Below are positions 37,658-46,124 of a stretch of 53,643 nt of DNA, in pieces (the first letter of the stretch is position 1; each line of letters opens with the position of its first letter). The stretch lies in the IMG/VR virus record IMGVR_UViG_3300034268_000054, positions 1 through 53,643 of that record; one strand, written 5' to 3'. This DNA is from a virus (taxonomy: Duplodnaviria; Caudoviricetes). The position numbers and the translations under genes were made by a program. A model generated the notes under the pieces. That model was not told the DNA's origin and did no database searches. It saw only the letters and a program-made list of their open reading frames with translations.

Positions 37658-38125
37658 TCCGGGTTCCCTCCTTTCGCTGGCGAGTGTACCACGAGACCCG
37701 CGTCCTGGTGCCGACTACCTGGGGCGTTGAAGGCCCGAATCCCCCGAGTCAACCCCCGAAACGAAGATTCTCACCACGTCGCAAACCCTTACGGGGCTTG
37801 CGTTCTGCACGCCACTGCCAACTTACTGCGCACCTTCGGCCTACTCGGCCTATTGCGCCGACTCGGCCGATTTGGTTTACTCTGCACCGTCAGCGGGGCG
37901 GCGAGGGAAAGCGAGCTGACAAAGCAAGCAAGCGGTTCTTTGAAATCCAGCGCTCGGTCCCCAGGTTGGGGGAGTCAGTAAGCCTTGCACCTGCTGCCGC
38001 AACGTCGAGAGACGGTTAACCGGTTAGCAGGAGGAAGCCGCAAACGGAAGACAAGGAATCGTGACCTAAACAAAAGCCCCCCGTAAAAAACCCCTGTTCT
38101 ACAGAGCGCGAGTGATCTTGACTTA

Positions 38126-38301
38126 GCAGTGAGATCACTTAAGGGGAGAGCATAAGGAGACTACTACCTTATGACCTACTCTAGCGCGGCGGCTCTGATC
38201 CTGAAGTCCCTCGCCTCAATTCCTCGCGAAGCAGCACCACCCGTGAAAGCAAGCAAGTAAGGACAAACGGCTAACGCTCTCCCCTTAAGCGGTTTCACTG
38301 C
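38126..38301 (+). other. 26-bp long-range RNA stem enclosing a small ORF
   Basis: 38126-38151 pairs with 38276-38301 (2 G-U pairs, 1 mismatch). Confidence 0.75.
38171..38260 (+). CDS. 29-aa small ORF (not in ORF track)
   Basis: AAGGAG RBS; MTYSSAAALILKSLASIPREAAPPVKASK. Confidence 0.45.
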   Translation: MTYSSAAALILKSLASIPREAAPPVKASK

Positions 38302-38320
38302 ACTTAACAAGGAGAGGCAA

Positions 38321-38749
38321 ATGATCCACCTTTCAGATGACGGAACGCTGGACACTGTTTTCCGCTGCGATCAATGCGGAGAAGAGATCCGCTACACGTT
38401 CGACGGTGAAGGATCTTACGACGACTTTGTAGCCTGGGCAATTCAGGACGCGGAGGAGGAGCACGCTTGTGAAGGCGAGGAGGACTCTAGCGTACCGAAT
38501 CTCGACGGGATGAGTCCCGATGAGTTAGGGAAGTTTTGGGCTCGCCATCAAAGGGGATGGAAGCGGAAAGAGTTATTTCCCGAGGGCGGGAGGGGTACCT
38601 CGAAAGCAACGGCGGCACTAGCAAACTACGCAATCAACAAAACGACCGCCATGTCCTGCCGCGCTCGGGGCGATATTCAAGCTGCCGAGATTTACGAAAA
38701 GGTTTGCGAGAACATCTACTCCGCTCTTCCCGAGTGGGCACGGTGGTAA
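38321..38749 (+). CDS. Early hypothetical protein
   Basis: AAGGAGAG RBS; CDQC; C-terminal LPEWARW. Confidence 0.75.
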   Translation: MIHLSDDGTLDTVFRCDQCGEEIRYTFDGEGSYDDFVAWAIQDAEEEHACEGEEDSSVPNLDGMSPDELGKFWARHQRGWKRKELFPEGGRGTSKATAALANYAINKTTAMSCRARGDIQAAEIYEKVCENIYSALPEWARW

Positions 38750-38750
38750 C

Positions 38751-38814
38751 GGCGAAACGGGGAGCGATCCCCGTCCGTTGCGGGTGACTCCCGCGACGCT
38801 GACGAGCCAAGTCA
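38751..38814 (+). ncRNA. Type II hammerhead ribozyme, copy 1
   Basis: GGC-GAAA, stem III with GCGA loop, GUC (38773-38775), 9-bp stem I, CUGACGA-GCC, tail AGUCA complementary to loop UGACU. Confidence 0.92.
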
Positions 38815-38843
38815 ATCAATCCAAAAACACAGCGGGAGGAAGT

Positions 38844-39233
38844 ATGCGGCGATTCCTGGCGAAGCGGGATGACTGGTGCATGATCTCGGGCGAGCTGTCC
38901 GGAATGACTCAAGATGAAAGAGAGACGGCCACGGCGAAGCTCCTCGCGGAGATCCTAGACGGTGGTTTCGCTCCCCTCGAATGCGAGGGAGTCTACAAGG
39001 GGGAGAGCGAGCGATCCTTCCTTGTGATCGGAATCTCTCGGGATGAGGCGCTTCGCCTCGGCCGGATGTTTCACCAGGAGTCGATCATGCTCCCCGCCGG
39101 TCTCACCTACTGCGATGACGGCCGAACGGTGCCGATTCAAAGCATCGAAGATGGGGCTTCAGGCGATTCCTACTCACGGGTGAACGTGGCCGGGCGGCGA
39201 CAGGATCTTACGATCACGCTGGCGGCGGCGTAG
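38844..39233 (+). CDS. Candidate SAM lyase (T3 SAMase / DUF3293-like fold)
   Basis: GVYKGESERSFLV...LGRMFHQESI matches the GxY..ExS..FxQES pattern; ATG 38844 with GGGAG RBS. Confidence 0.6.
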   Translation: MRRFLAKRDDWCMISGELSGMTQDERETATAKLLAEILDGGFAPLECEGVYKGESERSFLVIGISRDEALRLGRMFHQESIMLPAGLTYCDDGRTVPIQSIEDGASGDSYSRVNVAGRRQDLTITLAAA

Positions 39234-39236
39234 GGC

Positions 39237-39300
39237 GGCGAAACGGGGAGTGATCCCCGTCCGTTGCGGGTGACTCCCGCGACGCTGACGAGCCAAGTCA
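39237..39300 (+). ncRNA. Type II hammerhead ribozyme, copy 2
   Basis: Identical to copy 1 except a GUGA tetraloop; GUC at 39259-39261. Confidence 0.92.
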
Positions 39301-39327
39301 AAAACGCGTATAACCGGAGACAAGTCA

Positions 39328-39936
39328 ATGGACAAGCTAACGCCCGAGATGGTGCATGAGATCGCTTCCGCTTTCAGCAAGGTAACCGGCCAAAAGTGGA
39401 ACGCTAAGCCTCGGTCAGAGGATGAGCGGTTCGACAAGCGGGCGAGGATTGTCCGCGCCGATGGGGCATACATCATGCTCTGGACTGTCTGGAATGACGC
39501 GGGGAAGTTGTCGATCACGGGCGGACTTGAGGCGCCGATTCCCGAGGGTTACTCACCGCTGCATCGTAGTCAACCGCAGTCGATCGGCGTCTCTCTGGCG
39601 AAAGGATCGGAGAAGGTCGCCCGAGACATCTCCCGGAGGCTCCTTCCGGAAATCGAGTCGTACATCGTGGAGGAGCGCGAGCGCCGAGAGGATCACACGG
39701 CGAAGAGGGATCGGATGTTTTCGGTCGCGATTGCGGTCGCACGCGCCTTGAAAGACAAACGCCCGAGCGAACAGGGTAAGGATGTTTATTACCTCTCGGG
39801 ACGCGGAGAGGACGACTCCAGGATCGATGCAAAGGTGCATTACGGGGGGCGCGTCACTTTCGATTTCAGCGTAGAGGGGGAGAGCGCGCCGAAGGTGGCG
39901 GAGGCGATCCTGGCCGCGATTCACGGGAAGGGGTGA
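39328..39936 (+). CDS. Early hypothetical protein
   Basis: GGAG RBS; follows ribozyme 2. Confidence 0.75.
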   Translation: MDKLTPEMVHEIASAFSKVTGQKWNAKPRSEDERFDKRARIVRADGAYIMLWTVWNDAGKLSITGGLEAPIPEGYSPLHRSQPQSIGVSLAKGSEKVARDISRRLLPEIESYIVEERERREDHTAKRDRMFSVAIAVARALKDKRPSEQGKDVYYLSGRGEDDSRIDAKVHYGGRVTFDFSVEGESAPKVAEAILAAIHGKG

Positions 39937-39939
39937 CGC

Positions 39940-40155
39940 GTGAGCATTAAGCGAACGCCTCTTACGGGGGCTCCGCTTGAGCTTCCCGATCCGCCGGTCC
40001 CTCGGCGATTTGCGCTCTGCGATCGGGACCAGCCTTGCACCCATGAGCACACGCCATTCCGGGGTCCGATGCCTTGCACCGGCCCGCTTGTGTGCTCCGC
40101 CTGCGGATCGCTTTGGGATGCCGACTCGGGAAAGCTTCTCAAGAGAGGCGAATGA
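39940..40155 (+). CDS. Small Cys/His-rich protein
   Basis: C..C.H and CTGPLVCSACG; stop 1 nt before ribozyme 3. Confidence 0.65.
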   Translation: MSIKRTPLTGAPLELPDPPVPRRFALCDRDQPCTHEHTPFRGPMPCTGPLVCSACGSLWDADSGKLLKRGE

Positions 40156-40156
40156 C

Positions 40157-40220
40157 GGCGAAACGGGGAGCGATCCCCGTCCGGTACGGGTGACGCCCGT
40201 GCCGCTGACGAGCCAAGTCA
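40157..40220 (+). ncRNA. Type II hammerhead ribozyme, copy 3
   Basis: Intact core; GUC at 40179-40181; stem I CGGUACGGG/CCCGUGCCG shows compensatory changes. Confidence 0.92.
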
Positions 40221-40239
40221 ATAAAGAAAGGAAGGAGCT

Positions 40240-40785
40240 ATGGCACCCGTCTTTGACTCTGCGGAATTGGAAGATGGCCTAGTTTGCGTCCGATATCTGA
40301 CGCCGGGCGGTAGGGGGCGATTCAAGGTATCACCTGAAGTCTTTAGGTTGAAGGAAACAAAGAGAGGTTTTGACCTTGAAGTGATGGAGATGGAGTGGAA
40401 CCGGCGAAAGCAGGCGCATCTCCCCACGAAGGTGCGAACGGTTCTCCTGAAAATGGAGCGAACGGATGCCGAAGCGCTCGCGAGCCTCGGGGTGTCGATT
40501 GAACGTAAACGCGAGAAACCCGCGCCGAGCGGCTGGAAAAAGGGAATTGTCAGAATCATAGATCCCGAGGATCGGCGGCGGCGGCATGACGTTCTGGCGG
40601 AGATCTTTCAGGATTACGCGGTTGCTCGTGACGACTTCAGCGTAGTTCGCGTCTACCACATCCCCAACGGCGAGGGCGTTGCCGCGAAGAATCCGAACGG
40701 CGATCCCCGGCCCTGGTACAGCATCTCTGAGGCGAAGCGCGCAATTCAGGCTCATTACGAACACGACCACGCCCAGGCGGCGTAA
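40240..40785 (+). CDS. Early hypothetical protein
   Basis: AAGGAG RBS; follows ribozyme 3. Confidence 0.75.
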   Translation: MAPVFDSAELEDGLVCVRYLTPGGRGRFKVSPEVFRLKETKRGFDLEVMEMEWNRRKQAHLPTKVRTVLLKMERTDAEALASLGVSIERKREKPAPSGWKKGIVRIIDPEDRRRRHDVLAEIFQDYAVARDDFSVVRVYHIPNGEGVAAKNPNGDPRPWYSISEAKRAIQAHYEHDHAQAA

Positions 40786-40797
40786 GGAGATAAGGCA

Positions 40798-40998
40798 ATG
40801 GCACGGACAGAGACGGCCGGAGTTGAGGAGCGGACCGAGCGGCGACACGAGCGGACGGCGATCTGCGGGAACTGCGGGGGAACGTTCAAGCCCTCGGCGA
40901 AGGGGCAGCGATTCTGCGATGATGATTGCGAAAGGGGCTCGGCGCTCCACATTCCAACGCGGCCGGGCGTTCCTCTCGGCTCGGCGGCGTTGGGATGA
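40798..40998 (+). CDS. Small zinc-ribbon-like protein
   Basis: CGNCGGTF..QRFCDDDC; AAGGAG RBS. Confidence 0.65.
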   Translation: MARTETAGVEERTERRHERTAICGNCGGTFKPSAKGQRFCDDDCERGSALHIPTRPGVPLGSAALG

Positions 40999-41165
40999 TG
41001 ATGCAAAGGTTTTGGGAAAAGTCGGTCGTTGCAGCGCTCAAGGCCGGCATGACGGCTCACTGCGCCATCGCGTTCGCCGATGCCGCGGTCTTGGCCCTCG
41101 CCGAGCGAGCCGGAGGCGTCGGAAACGAAGACTCGCAATTCATCGCGTCAATTAGGGCGCTCTAG
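40995..41165 (+). CDS. Small hypothetical protein
   Basis: ATGA overlap with the previous gene. Confidence 0.5.
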   Translation: MMMQRFWEKSVVAALKAGMTAHCAIAFADAAVLALAERAGGVGNEDSQFIASIRAL

Positions 41166-41198
41166 GAGCGCAATCCTCTTCAACAGGAGGTGATGCAA

Positions 41199-41261
41199 GG
41201 CGAAACGGGGCTCTGCCCCGTCTGGCGCGGGTGACTCCTGCGCCACTGACGAGCCAAGTCA
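41199..41261 (+). ncRNA. Type II hammerhead ribozyme, copy 4
   Basis: Intact core; GUC at 41220-41222; stem I UGGCGCGGG/CCUGCGCCA; stem III closed by C-G with a UCU loop. Confidence 0.9.
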
Positions 41262-41295
41262 AAAACACTTACCAACGCAAAGGGAGGACGAAGGA

Positions 41296-41556
41296 ATGCC
41301 GCACTACAAGGTGGTGGGAAAGATCGAGGCACGCGTGACGAAGTACGTCGAGGCGGCGGACCCGGAAGCCGCGTTCGCTGCCGCGTGCGACGCCTGGGAA
41401 TTCGATGATCTCGACGCTTCCGAGGGATCGGTGATTTACGATCCGTCGATCACTGAGGTCCCCGAAACTACGAGCGAGACGCACTACGGCCCCACGGCTC
41501 CGGCCGCGTGGTTTGCTCCGGGAGGCGACGACCCTGCCGCTCCTCTCGCAAGCTGA
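41296..41556 (+). CDS. Small acidic early protein
   Basis: GGGAGG RBS; VEAADPEAA motif; follows ribozyme 4. Confidence 0.7.
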   Translation: MPHYKVVGKIEARVTKYVEAADPEAAFAAACDAWEFDDLDASEGSVIYDPSITEVPETTSETHYGPTAPAAWFAPGGDDPAAPLAS

Positions 41557-41660
41557 TCGAAACGACTTGAGGGGCGTGCCGCCTGGGGTGGCATGCCTCC
41601 TTCTTTTCTGGGTGTTCCTCGCGTTGACTTTCACAACCTGTGACACGAAGGAGAAACAGA

Positions 41661-41999
41661 ATGCTGACCTCGCTGGCGCACGAAGTGCCGACGCCTTTGT
41701 CCCTCCTCCTCAACCCTGGAGTAAGTGATCTCTTCCGCCCTATCGGCGCTCCCGATCCTGGCGCGCTGCTTCAGGCGCAAGTCGAAATCCTCGGCGCTCG
41801 TATCTTGATCTACCTGATCGAAGTGGACTCCACGGGCGCGGGATGGCAGACGTTCAACCCGGCGAGCACGTTCGATGACGAGGAGTATTCACACCTTCTC
41901 GAATTGCTCGGCGACGACGAAGACTTCGAGACGATCAATTTCAACGGACGCAACTACATCCTCCTGGCGGTTCCCGCGCAGGGTCAGGAAAGGAGCTAA
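41661..41999 (+). CDS. Acidic hypothetical protein
   Basis: AAGGAG RBS before ATG 41661. Confidence 0.65.
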   Translation: MLTSLAHEVPTPLSLLLNPGVSDLFRPIGAPDPGALLQAQVEILGARILIYLIEVDSTGAGWQTFNPASTFDDEEYSHLLELLGDDEDFETINFNGRNYILLAVPAQGQERS

Positions 42000-42004
42000 G
42001 CACC

Positions 42005-42289
42005 ATGGCAAAGCTGATCCCAAAAGTGTTCGGATTCACAGTCGAGGGAACGCCGTACGTTGTTGAGCCCTACCCGCACCTGCTGGTGATCGAAGGATGC
42101 CTCGCGATCGATCGCCTCGAATGGATCGCCTACGACCCGGAGCGCAACCCCCGGCACCGCTCTTCGATCCGATTCGACAGCCTGAGAGAGGCGGTCGAGT
42201 TTTGGGATAACTACCAGACTCCGGCCGAGCGCCAGCGGCGCGAGTCTTTGGCGCTCCCGAGTCTGGCGAAGCAGTTGAGAGCAGCCTAA
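42005..42289 (+). CDS. Hypothetical protein
   Basis: AAGGAG RBS. Confidence 0.7.
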   Translation: MAKLIPKVFGFTVEGTPYVVEPYPHLLVIEGCLAIDRLEWIAYDPERNPRHRSSIRFDSLREAVEFWDNYQTPAERQRRESLALPSLAKQLRAA

Positions 42290-42315
42290 CCGGTTACCAG
42301 GAGAAAGGGGAAGAC

Positions 42316-43344
42316 GTGAAGCCTTCAGATATTCGAAAACTACTCTCCGCCCTGGTGCCTCGGCGCCTGCCGGTTCTGATCCAAGGCCCCCCGGGTGTCG
42401 GGAAAACCATGCTGGTAGAGGGTCTCTCCAGTGAGATCGGCTACCGTCTGGTCGTTTCGCATCCGGTCATTTCGGAATCGATCGACTACAAGGGGATGCC
42501 GTCGATTTCCCGAGAGAACGGAGTCTCGCTGGCCGAGTGGATTCCCTACGGGGATATTCGGACTCTGATCGAAACGAAAGAGCCCACGATATGGCTCATC
42601 GATGACCTCGGTCAGGCTCCCTTGAGTGTGCAGGCGGCGCTCATGCAGTGGATTCACAAGGGGAGCCGAACGCTCAACGGTCAAAAGCTTTCCGATACCG
42701 TCAGCATCGTGGCCTGCACGAACCGGCGGCAAGACCGGGCCGGCGTCTCGGGATTCTTGGAGCCCGTGAAATCTCGATTCGTCACCATCGTGGAGCTTGA
42801 CGTGGACCATGATGAATGGGCGGAGTGGGCGATGGCAAGGGGGATCACTCAAACCCTTATCGCCTTCCTCCTCTACCGCCCCGAGCTGCTGTCAAAGCCC
42901 GATCCTAACCCCGATCTCCGGCAGAGCCCTTCCCCTCGCGGATGGGAGAGCGTGGCGGAGCTGCAAGCCGCTCTCGAAGACTTGCCGCGCCACATCCTTC
43001 TCGAAGCCATGACCGGCGCGGTAGGCGAGGGACCGGCGGCGGAGTATGACGGATTCCTGCGGGTGTTTCACAACCTGCCGGACTTCGATGAAATCCTTCG
43101 CAACCCGAAGCGCGCTCGCGTTCCGGAGGAGGCTCAAACGCTTTACGCCCTGTGCGGCATGCTCGCGATGGACGTACGCATCGACACCATGGACAAGGTT
43201 GTGACCTACGCGGAGCGGCTGGCCGTTGAGTTTCAGGTCGTGCTGGCAAAGTTCATGGAACGGCTCAACCCGGACGTGATCGAAACCCGAGCGTACGTGC
43301 GCTGGGCCACGTCGGACCTGGGCCTGCGGAGAGCCGCCGCGTGA
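42316..43344 (+). CDS. MoxR-like AAA+ ATPase
   Basis: GPPGVGKT; WLIDDLGQA; VACTNRRQD; PVKSRF; PSPRGWE. Confidence 0.88.
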   Translation: MKPSDIRKLLSALVPRRLPVLIQGPPGVGKTMLVEGLSSEIGYRLVVSHPVISESIDYKGMPSISRENGVSLAEWIPYGDIRTLIETKEPTIWLIDDLGQAPLSVQAALMQWIHKGSRTLNGQKLSDTVSIVACTNRRQDRAGVSGFLEPVKSRFVTIVELDVDHDEWAEWAMARGITQTLIAFLLYRPELLSKPDPNPDLRQSPSPRGWESVAELQAALEDLPRHILLEAMTGAVGEGPAAEYDGFLRVFHNLPDFDEILRNPKRARVPEEAQTLYALCGMLAMDVRIDTMDKVVTYAERLAVEFQVVLAKFMERLNPDVIETRAYVRWATSDLGLRRAAA

Positions 43345-43511
43345 AGGCGTTAGACAGAAGCGATCCGCGCTACCTGCGGATGTGCATTGACGTGGCCGCG
43401 AGGCTGGTAAAGCTCCACCTCGCGGCCGGTAGTTTCGAGGATGCCGCCTTTCATGCACGCTCGGTGGCGAGTCACGCTCAGCAACTAATCGACAAGGAAG
43501 AAAGGGTATAA
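43341..43511 (+). CDS. Small ORF (56 aa, not in ORF track)
   Basis: GTGA overlap; fills the gap before the next gene. Confidence 0.5.
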   Translation: MKALDRSDPRYLRMCIDVAARLVKLHLAAGSFEDAAFHARSVASHAQQLIDKEERV

Positions 43512-43515
43512 AACC

Positions 43516-44400
43516 ATGGCATCGCAGTCGCATCCATTAGCAGAGCGCGCCATGCTGGCGCGGTTGACTATCAAGAAGTGGAGCCCCGTCAAGGTTGATC
43601 GGGGTGTTACGGAAGAGATCGCTCTGAGAAAGGGTGCCGACCGCACCGCCGCGGGTGTGTACCAGAAGTGCTTGATCGCTCGCTCCGCTTTGAAGGAACT
43701 AACGAAGGTGGGGGGCGAGGCCCGGACGTATCACTATGAGCACACGCTTCCATGGCTCGACAACGGCCAGAGAATCTTGACAGCAAAGGCGCACCTCAAG
43801 TATGTCGCCGAGATGGACAAGTTTCGCACCGAGTTTCTGCGCCTCGCCGCTGATCTGTCTCGCAACTTTGACGGCTATGTTTCGCAGGCGAGAGTGACTC
43901 TCGGGACAATGTTCGATGCAAGCGAGTACCCATCGAAGGAGGACATTCTCGCGAAACATTCCTTTGACTACGGTATCGATCCGATTCCGGACGCTCCCGA
44001 TTTCAGGGTAAAGCTTCCGGAGGCAGAGCTTGCCCGGCTCCGCGAGGACATTCACCGCCGAGCGCAGGAGGCCATGGTCGAAGCCAACGTGGAGATGTGG
44101 CGACGCGTTCACGAAACGGTCGCTCACATGGCGAAGACGCTGGCAAACCCGGAGGGCAAGTTCAAGAACACGCTGGTGAGCAACGTCGCCGACCTCGCCG
44201 ACATCATGGACGAGATGAACGTGGCGGAGGACGGCGAGCTGTCTACTCTCGCGGAGGAGCTGAAGCGAAGCATCGCGGGGCTCGATCCCGAGACGCTGCG
44301 CAACGATGAAGGAGAGCGGAAGGCGGCGGCGACCGCGGCGCAGGATGTAGCTGCGCGGGCCTTGAAAAAGATGAGCGGCTACGGGAGGAGGCAACCTTGA
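43516..44400 (+). CDS. DUF3150-like helical protein
   Basis: YHYEHTLPWLDNGQRIL, LGTMFDASEYP; between the AAA and VWA genes. Confidence 0.6.
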   Translation: MASQSHPLAERAMLARLTIKKWSPVKVDRGVTEEIALRKGADRTAAGVYQKCLIARSALKELTKVGGEARTYHYEHTLPWLDNGQRILTAKAHLKYVAEMDKFRTEFLRLAADLSRNFDGYVSQARVTLGTMFDASEYPSKEDILAKHSFDYGIDPIPDAPDFRVKLPEAELARLREDIHRRAQEAMVEANVEMWRRVHETVAHMAKTLANPEGKFKNTLVSNVADLADIMDEMNVAEDGELSTLAEELKRSIAGLDPETLRNDEGERKAAATAAQDVAARALKKMSGYGRRQP

Positions 44401-45563
44401 GCAACCAGACTGCGGAGGACCGACTGCGGAAGGCCCGCACCTTCCTTGTGATGCATAAGCCGTTCTTTGCGACGCTCGCTCTCGGCTTGCGCTATGTCGA
44501 AGCCGAGAGTCTTCAATATGTCGCCGCGGTAGACGGCAAGAACATGTTCTACCAGCCTGACAAGTTTGCCGGGCTCCGCCAGGACGAAGCCAACGCCGTC
44601 CTCGCCCACGAGGTTCTTCACGTCGCGCTCGCCCACCACTTGCGCCGGGGGGAGCGCCACGGGCTTGCCTGGAACATCGCTTGCGACTATGTCATTAACC
44701 TGATGCTCAAGCGGGAGGGCTTCGCGCTTCCCGATGGGTGCCTGCTCGACAAGTCTTACGAGGGGATGTCCTCCGAGCAGGTTTACGAAAGGCTCATGAA
44801 GAGCGCCGTGCGGACGGCCGGCGGCGGGATCACGGGGCTCCCGAAGGAAGACCCGCTCGGCGCCGTGCTGGACGCCACAGACGAGGACGGAATGCCCCTT
44901 TCTGAGGCCGATCTCCGGGAGGCCGAGGCCGACCTACGGGTTCGCGTCCAGCAGGCCAAGGCGGTGGAGGACGCCAACGGCGCGGGCGAAGGGAGCGCGA
45001 CCGCCGATCGGGTTGTCGAGGCCCTGAAGCGTCAACGGGAGTGGCATCGCGAGCTGGCGGACCTCCTGGTTTCGAGCGCCCTGAAGACGGACCAGACTTG
45101 GCTCCGGCCGAGCCGCCGATTTCTTCCGGCCTTCTACCTGCCAACGATGCACGGTCAAAGCCTGGGGGACATTGGCGTAGGGTTCGACACCTCCGGATCA
45201 GTGACCAAAAAGACCTTGCAGGAATTCGCGGGAGTTTGCGAGGAGATCCTGGAGGCTTTCCCGGAGACCGTCATGCACGTCTTCTACTGCGACGCCGAGG
45301 TGAAATCCACCGAGGAGCTGACGGCGCACGACGTTCCCATCGTTCTAGGCCACGCCAAGGGAGGGGGCGGGACGCTCTTCTTTCCGGTGTTCAACTCTAT
45401 TGAGAAGCTAGGGCTCAACCCTACCGCCGTCATCTATCTCACCGATCTGTGGGGAGCGCCTGACGCCTTCCCCGAGCAGCCGGAGTATCCCGTCGTCTGG
45501 ATTACAAACGACAAAACGAGAACCGCACCCTTCGGTCGCGTCATTCGGGCGCTGGTCGATTAA
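44397..45563 (+). CDS. DUF2201-like metallopeptidase fused to VWA-like domain
   Basis: AHEVLH, WNIACDYVIN, FDTSGSV, GGGGT, YLTD. Confidence 0.85.
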   Translation: MSNQTAEDRLRKARTFLVMHKPFFATLALGLRYVEAESLQYVAAVDGKNMFYQPDKFAGLRQDEANAVLAHEVLHVALAHHLRRGERHGLAWNIACDYVINLMLKREGFALPDGCLLDKSYEGMSSEQVYERLMKSAVRTAGGGITGLPKEDPLGAVLDATDEDGMPLSEADLREAEADLRVRVQQAKAVEDANGAGEGSATADRVVEALKRQREWHRELADLLVSSALKTDQTWLRPSRRFLPAFYLPTMHGQSLGDIGVGFDTSGSVTKKTLQEFAGVCEEILEAFPETVMHVFYCDAEVKSTEELTAHDVPIVLGHAKGGGGTLFFPVFNSIEKLGLNPTAVIYLTDLWGAPDAFPEQPEYPVVWITNDKTRTAPFGRVIRALVD

Positions 45564-45581
45564 CAAAAGGAGATCCCGATA

Positions 45582-45959
45582 TTGAGAAAGACGCTTAGCA
45601 CCCTCGCCCTCGCCGCCCTTCTGATTCTCTCCGCCGCGCCGTCGCTCGCCTCCGGCTATTACCCCGGGGCGTGGGGATACGAGCCCGGCGGAAGGCAGGT
45701 GTTCTACGCCTACGCCTACGAGCTTCCGCAGGCGCTCACGAAGCTGGAGAGCCGCTTCCTGGTGGAGCACGTCATCCCCGCGGTTGCGAAGACGGACCGC
45801 ATCTTCCCGAACCTGGGCTGCTTCCCTTCGCCCGGCGGGCCGGTCATCTGCCAGGACGACTTCTCCTTCGAGATGACCTACTCAACCGACATCGTGATGA
45901 TCGTCGTCAAGGAACGGCCGGCACCGCTGCCTGTGTGCCAGCCCCGCGGCGCCGAGTAG
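45582..45959 (+). CDS. Secreted hypothetical protein
   Basis: Signal peptide MRKTLSTLALAALLILSAAPSLA; AAGGAG RBS. Confidence 0.72.
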   Translation: MRKTLSTLALAALLILSAAPSLASGYYPGAWGYEPGGRQVFYAYAYELPQALTKLESRFLVEHVIPAVAKTDRIFPNLGCFPSPGGPVICQDDFSFEMTYSTDIVMIVVKERPAPLPVCQPRGAE

Positions 45960-45974
45960 CTTCGTTAACTGGTT

Positions 45975-46008
45975 AAGGGGAGGAGCTCCTCCCCTTGCCT
46001 TGTCTTTC
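45975..46008 (+). terminator. Probable terminator of the early operon
   Basis: AAGGGGAGGAGCTCCTCCCCTT palindrome followed by a pyrimidine-rich tract. Confidence 0.55.
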
Positions 46009-46124
46009 CCCGCAGTCAAACCCGCTAATAAACCCGCCTTGAAGCTCCTCGTCTCGCAATCCCGTCACGGCAAAATCATCTCCTCCCGGCTACAAATTAT
46101 CCATCCCGCAGACCGCCCAAAAAC

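Noticed and set aside
37603-38019. 138-aa plus-strand ORF with PTRPI repeat
   Set aside because: Overlaps the start of a better-supported minus-strand gene and has no clear RBS; left uncalled
41185-41234. Mini-ORF running through ribozyme 4
   Set aside because: AGGAGG is only 2 nt from the ATG and the feature is absent from the other copies
38751-41261. Repeats as a CRISPR array or terminators
   Set aside because: They are 63-64 nt long, separated by whole genes, lack U-tracts, have no cas genes nearby, and a hammerhead core explains them
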